A stretch of 29,090 nucleotides of DNA, from the sequence record SRR20825019_2970. One strand, given 5' to 3'. A model generated the notes under the pieces. The model was not told where the DNA came from. It worked only from the letters and a program-made list of their open reading frames with translations, and made no database searches. Shown here one piece after another: positions 25,307 to 29,090 of the stretch. The first letter of the stretch is position 1; every line of letters starts with the position of its first letter. Made by a program: the position numbers and the translations under genes.

Positions 25307-27055
25307 ATGCATGTGCTGCGTTCTGTCGCCCTGATATTGGCGGCGTTTTGGGGAGTATCTGCAGCGTCTTACGCGAACGATGCAGACCCTATCATTATAT
25401 ATGACACACAGTTTCACCCCGAGTATGCCCGTAACGGCATGGTGGTTTCACAGGAATATTATGCCAGCCAGGCAGGCCTTGAAATTTTGCGCGCGGGCGG
25501 CAACGCTGTGGACGCAGCAGTCGCCACTGGCTTCGCGCTTGCTGTTACCCACCCTCAGGCAGGTAACCTTGGCGGCGGTGGTTTTTTCCTCGCTTACATC
25601 AAGGAAGAAGACCGGGTGATTGCTATTGATTACCGTGAGATGGCACCGTCAGCAGCGCACCGCGACATGTTCCTGAACGCGAAGGGTGATGTGGATAACG
25701 CAAAAGCCCGCTTCAGTCTAAACGCCAGCGGTGTACCGGGTACGGTGATGGGGCTTACGACCGCGCTTGAGAAATACGGCACGCTACCGCTTGGGCAGGT
25801 GATGGCACCAGCCATTCGCCTTGCAGGCGAGGGCTTCCCGATGACATGGGGGCTGTATGACAGCCTTGGCCGGTACCAGAAACGCCTGAAGGGTGATGCG
25901 GTAAGTGCCGCCAATTATTTCAAGGCGGACGGTAGCCGCTATGCGCCCGGTGAGCTGTTCAAACAGCCTGATCTGGCTGAGACCCTGACGCTGATTGCCA
26001 ATAATGGTGCCAAAGGGTTTTATGAAGGCCCGGTTGCGGACAAGCTTGTGGCTGCGATGCAGGCTGGCGGCGGCATCATGACCCATGAGGACCTTAAGAA
26101 TTATAAAGCTGTTGAGCGCGAGCCGATCTTTGGCACCTATGACAACTACCGGGTCGCCACCATGCCGCCCCCATCGTCAGGTGGTGTGCATGTGATCGAG
26201 ATGCTTAATGTGCTTGAAGATTGGGACCTGAAGTCACTTGGTCACAATAGTGCGGCTTATATTCACCGGCTTACGGAAACGATGAAATACGCTTATGCGG
26301 ACCGCTCAAAATATCTGGGCGACCCAGACTATTTCCCGGTCCCGGTGAAGGCACTCACCAGCAAAGACTATGCGGATACAATCCGCGCCAAGATCAATCT
26401 CGAGAAAGCCACCCCGTCTACCGAGATTGGGCCTGCGCCCTCCCTGCCGGATGAAAGCCATGATACCACACATTTCTCGGTGGTGGACAAGGCTGGCAAC
26501 ATGGTGGCTAACACCTATACGCTGAACTTCACCTACGGTAACGGCAAGTCGGTGGCGGGTGCTGGTTTCCTTCTCAATAACGAGATGGACGACTTTTCCG
26601 CCAAGCCGGGTACGCCAAACGCGTTTGGTCTTCTGGGTGGTGAAGCGAACGCCATTGAGCCGGGCAAACGGCCGCTTAGCTCCATGACACCAACGCTTCT
26701 GTTCAAGGACGGTGAGCCCTATATGGCAACCGGTAGCCCGGGTGGTTCCACCATCATTACCGTGGTGCTGCAATCTGTGCTGAATGTAATGGAGTTTGAC
26801 ATGAACGTGAAAGCGGCGATCTCGGTGCCGCGCATCCACCATCAATGGTTTCCTGACAGGTTGGCTTTGGAGCCTGGGCATTCGGTCGATACCCGCCGTC
26901 TTCTAGGCACTATGGGCCATCAGGTGAAGATTGGAGAAACGGAAGCCTGGGACGGTGTAATGGGCTCCGCCCAGTCCATTATCCTTGCGCCAAACGGGAT
27001 CATCATGGGCGCGGCAGACCCTAGAAGGCCCGGCTCAACAGCGGCAGGATATTAA
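25307..27055 (+). CDS. ggt: Gamma-glutamyltransferase
   Basis: Signal peptide; GGNAVDAAVA, IDYREMAP, PPPSSGG, autocleavage site HD-TTHFSVVD, LNNEMDDFS and PGKRPLSSMTP. Confidence 0.97.
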   Translation: MHVLRSVALILAAFWGVSAASYANDADPIIIYDTQFHPEYARNGMVVSQEYYASQAGLEILRAGGNAVDAAVATGFALAVTHPQAGNLGGGGFFLAYIKEEDRVIAIDYREMAPSAAHRDMFLNAKGDVDNAKARFSLNASGVPGTVMGLTTALEKYGTLPLGQVMAPAIRLAGEGFPMTWGLYDSLGRYQKRLKGDAVSAANYFKADGSRYAPGELFKQPDLAETLTLIANNGAKGFYEGPVADKLVAAMQAGGGIMTHEDLKNYKAVEREPIFGTYDNYRVATMPPPSSGGVHVIEMLNVLEDWDLKSLGHNSAAYIHRLTETMKYAYADRSKYLGDPDYFPVPVKALTSKDYADTIRAKINLEKATPSTEIGPAPSLPDESHDTTHFSVVDKAGNMVANTYTLNFTYGNGKSVAGAGFLLNNEMDDFSAKPGTPNAFGLLGGEANAIEPGKRPLSSMTPTLLFKDGEPYMATGSPGGSTIITVVLQSVLNVMEFDMNVKAAISVPRIHHQWFPDRLALEPGHSVDTRRLLGTMGHQVKIGETEAWDGVMGSAQSIILAPNGIIMGAADPRRPGSTAAGY

Positions 27056-27084
27056 GCCGCTATCCTAATGAACAAGAGCAATGA

Positions 27085-27120
27085 AAAAGGCCACCAGCAT
27101 TGCTGGTGGCCTTTTGCTTT
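27085..27120. terminator. Bidirectional intrinsic terminator
   Basis: Perfect inverted repeat aaaaggccaccagca-t-tgctggtggcctttt between convergent ggt and RND genes. Confidence 0.9.
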
Positions 27121-27139
27121 CTGTGTATCAGCGTAGGGC

Positions 27140-29090
27140 TTATTCAGCCTGTGCCGGTGCTTCTTTTGGGCCAAAGCCAAGCATGCGTTTGATGCGGGCT
27201 TTAACGCCTGAGAAGAAGATGCCGAAGTCGTCGCCAATCGCATAAAGCGCAGGCACCATCAACAGCGTCACGAAGAAGGCGATCAATACGCCTGAGGCCA
27301 GAGCCACAACGATCGGCTTGAGGAAAGCGGCCTGAATGGACCGTTCCATCATCATCGGCACAAGACCAACGAAAGTGGTCACAGTGGTCAGAAGGATTGG
27401 CCGGAAACGGGCAACACCAGCTTCCAGAATGGCTTCCTTCGGCGACATGCCCCGTTCACGCAGCTTGTTGCAGTAATCTACCAGCACGAGGTTGTCGTTC
27501 ACGACCACGCCCGCGGCGGCGGCTACGCCAAAGTAGCTGAAGATTGCCATGGTCATATCAACAGCCAAGTGGCCGAAGACTGCGCCAGTGAAGGCATATG
27601 GCATAGCGATCATGATCGCAATTGGCTGCCAGTAGCTTCTGAACGCGATGGCCAGCATCATGTACATGACAAAGAGGGCCATGCCATAAAGCTTCAGCAC
27701 ATCGGCGATAAAGCGTGCTTCACCTTCTGCCTGGCCGATAGAACCCCGGATAATGCCCGGATATTTTTTCTCCCACTCAGGGAAGAAATTGGCATTGAGG
27801 TCGTCCATCACATCCTGACGGATGTTTTCCTTCATGTCGGCACTCACGCGGGCGGCACGGTTACCGTTCCAACGCTGGATGCGCTTGATGCCTGGGGCAT
27901 ATTCAAGCTCAGCCACCGCCATCAGCGGCACCTCACGGCCATCTGCTGTGCGAACACGGAAGTCCTGCAGGCTTTCGATAGAACGGCGGCTTTCACGGGG
28001 GTAACGTACCATGACTTTTACGTCTTGGCCGTCCCGTGGAATGCGCTGTACTTCTTCACCATAATAAGCCTGACGAACCTGACGGGAAACATCAGCAAGC
28101 GTAAGACCAAGCTTTTCGGTGCCGGGCTTGAGGGTGATGCGGATCTCTTCCGATGCACCTTCAAGGTTGTTACGCACATCATAAAGCGCTTCAAAGGTCC
28201 GCAGTTTGTCTTCCAGTTCGCTCACCGCTTCACGCAAGAGCGTGAGGTCAGGGTGACGAACGGAAAGCTCAAAGCCCGGATCGTTGTTGCCGTTGGTGTA
28301 CCGAACGGAAACTTCCTTGGCATCAGGAATATCGCCGATCAATTCACGCAGTCGAATAGACGCGTCCTTGGCAGACATATCCCGTACTTCCGGCGGTGAC
28401 AGTTTCACGATCGCCAGCACGCTGTCCCGGCGGGAGCGCGTATACCAGTTCTCGATCAATTGGCCTTCGCCGCCCGTACGCTCATTCACTTCTTCAACAA
28501 GTTGGCGTTCGCCTTCCTGAAGCTGAGCCAGAATATCGAGCGCGCGGGTATAGGATGCACCTTCAGGAAGCACCACATTCACCGTGATCTCGTCAGATTC
28601 GATATCCGGCATGAAGCTTTTCTTCACATAACCGATGCTGAACAGGCCAAAGGCGAGGATCAGAATGGCAACGAAGAAACTGAAGGTAAGATAACGACGT
28701 TCAATCGCCCATGTGCCAAAGCGGCGATAATGGCGCTGTGCAAAATTGGTGATGCTATTGGCGATACCTTTTTGCATGTGACCAAAACGACCAAGCTTTT
28801 CGCGAGGCTTCAGGCCAGCAAGGTGTGCTGGCAGGATCATGAGTGATTCGACAAGTGAGAATACAAGTGCCGTAATCACCACCCAGGTGATGTGACGTGT
28901 AAACTCAGACGTGGACCCGTCGAGGAAAACCCAGGGCAGGAACGCAATGATTGTGGTCAGTACCGCGAAGATAACCGGCTTGGCCACCAACTGTGTACCG
29001 AATACGGCTGCAGTGATACCGCCGCCTGTTTTCTGGCTTTCCGTGTGAATGCTTTCCCCGACCACAATGGCATCATCCACCACGATGCCG
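27140..29090 (-). CDS. RND (AcrB/AcrD/AcrF family) efflux permease, 5' truncated by window edge
   Basis: GIVVDDAIVVGE (TM4), LTTIIAFLP, GVVVNDNLVLVD and RFRPILLTTVTT motifs; frame is open to base 29090. Confidence 0.95.
   Translation of the reverse strand, partial: GIVVDDAIVVGESIHTESQKTGGGITAAVFGTQLVAKPVIFAVLTTIIAFLPWVFLDGSTSEFTRHITWVVITALVFSLVESLMILPAHLAGLKPREKLGRFGHMQKGIANSITNFAQRHYRRFGTWAIERRYLTFSFFVAILILAFGLFSIGYVKKSFMPDIESDEITVNVVLPEGASYTRALDILAQLQEGERQLVEEVNERTGGEGQLIENWYTRSRRDSVLAIVKLSPPEVRDMSAKDASIRLRELIGDIPDAKEVSVRYTNGNNDPGFELSVRHPDLTLLREAVSELEDKLRTFEALYDVRNNLEGASEEIRITLKPGTEKLGLTLADVSRQVRQAYYGEEVQRIPRDGQDVKVMVRYPRESRRSIESLQDFRVRTADGREVPLMAVAELEYAPGIKRIQRWNGNRAARVSADMKENIRQDVMDDLNANFFPEWEKKYPGIIRGSIGQAEGEARFIADVLKLYGMALFVMYMMLAIAFRSYWQPIAIMIAMPYAFTGAVFGHLAVDMTMAIFSYFGVAAAAGVVVNDNLVLVDYCNKLRERGMSPKEAILEAGVARFRPILLTTVTTFVGLVPMMMERSIQAAFLKPIVVALASGVLIAFFVTLLMVPALYAIGDDFGIFFSGVKARIKRMLGFGPKEAPAQAE

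Noticed and set aside
1..29090. Mobile element, prophage, defence island, tRNA or rRNA
   Set aside because: No integrase, transposase, phage, nuclease or RT motifs, no terminal repeats and no structural RNA gene signatures seen; composition looks uniform by eye.

Overview
A 29-kb, gene-dense, moderately GC-rich chromosomal segment. Gene content and style suggest a heterotrophic, probably marine, alphaproteobacterium (inference only). I found no rRNA, tRNA, CRISPR array, integrase, transposase, phage gene or defence system. In order, the window holds: the 3' end of an autotransporter-type beta-barrel gene; a divergent stand-alone ACT protein / Lrp-AsnC regulator pair; a Tsx/OmpK-like outer-membrane channel, divergent from a clear cobalamin riboswitch that heads a btuF-btuC-btuD-like / cobQ / UPF0126 operon; DUF2254 and DUF2855 genes; mscS; an M13 peptidase lipoprotein; an exported MBL-fold hydrolase; a Sel1 lipoprotein; an orphan solute-binding protein; a LysR / gcdH / CaiB glutarate-catabolism unit; a very acidic RTX-repeat protein; a K+ channel / nitrilase pair; a stand-alone PAS protein; ggt; and the 3' two-thirds of an RND permease. 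Most of this is ordinary metabolism and transport, and I cannot demonstrate a wholly new system. The best leads are the corrinoid-salvage locus (no btuB, but a divergent nucleoside-channel homologue and a UPF0126 gene), several structured non-coding elements, an ~11-bp-period intergenic repeat array, and the three-module poly-Asp RTX protein. All family calls come from motif recognition by eye, not database searches.
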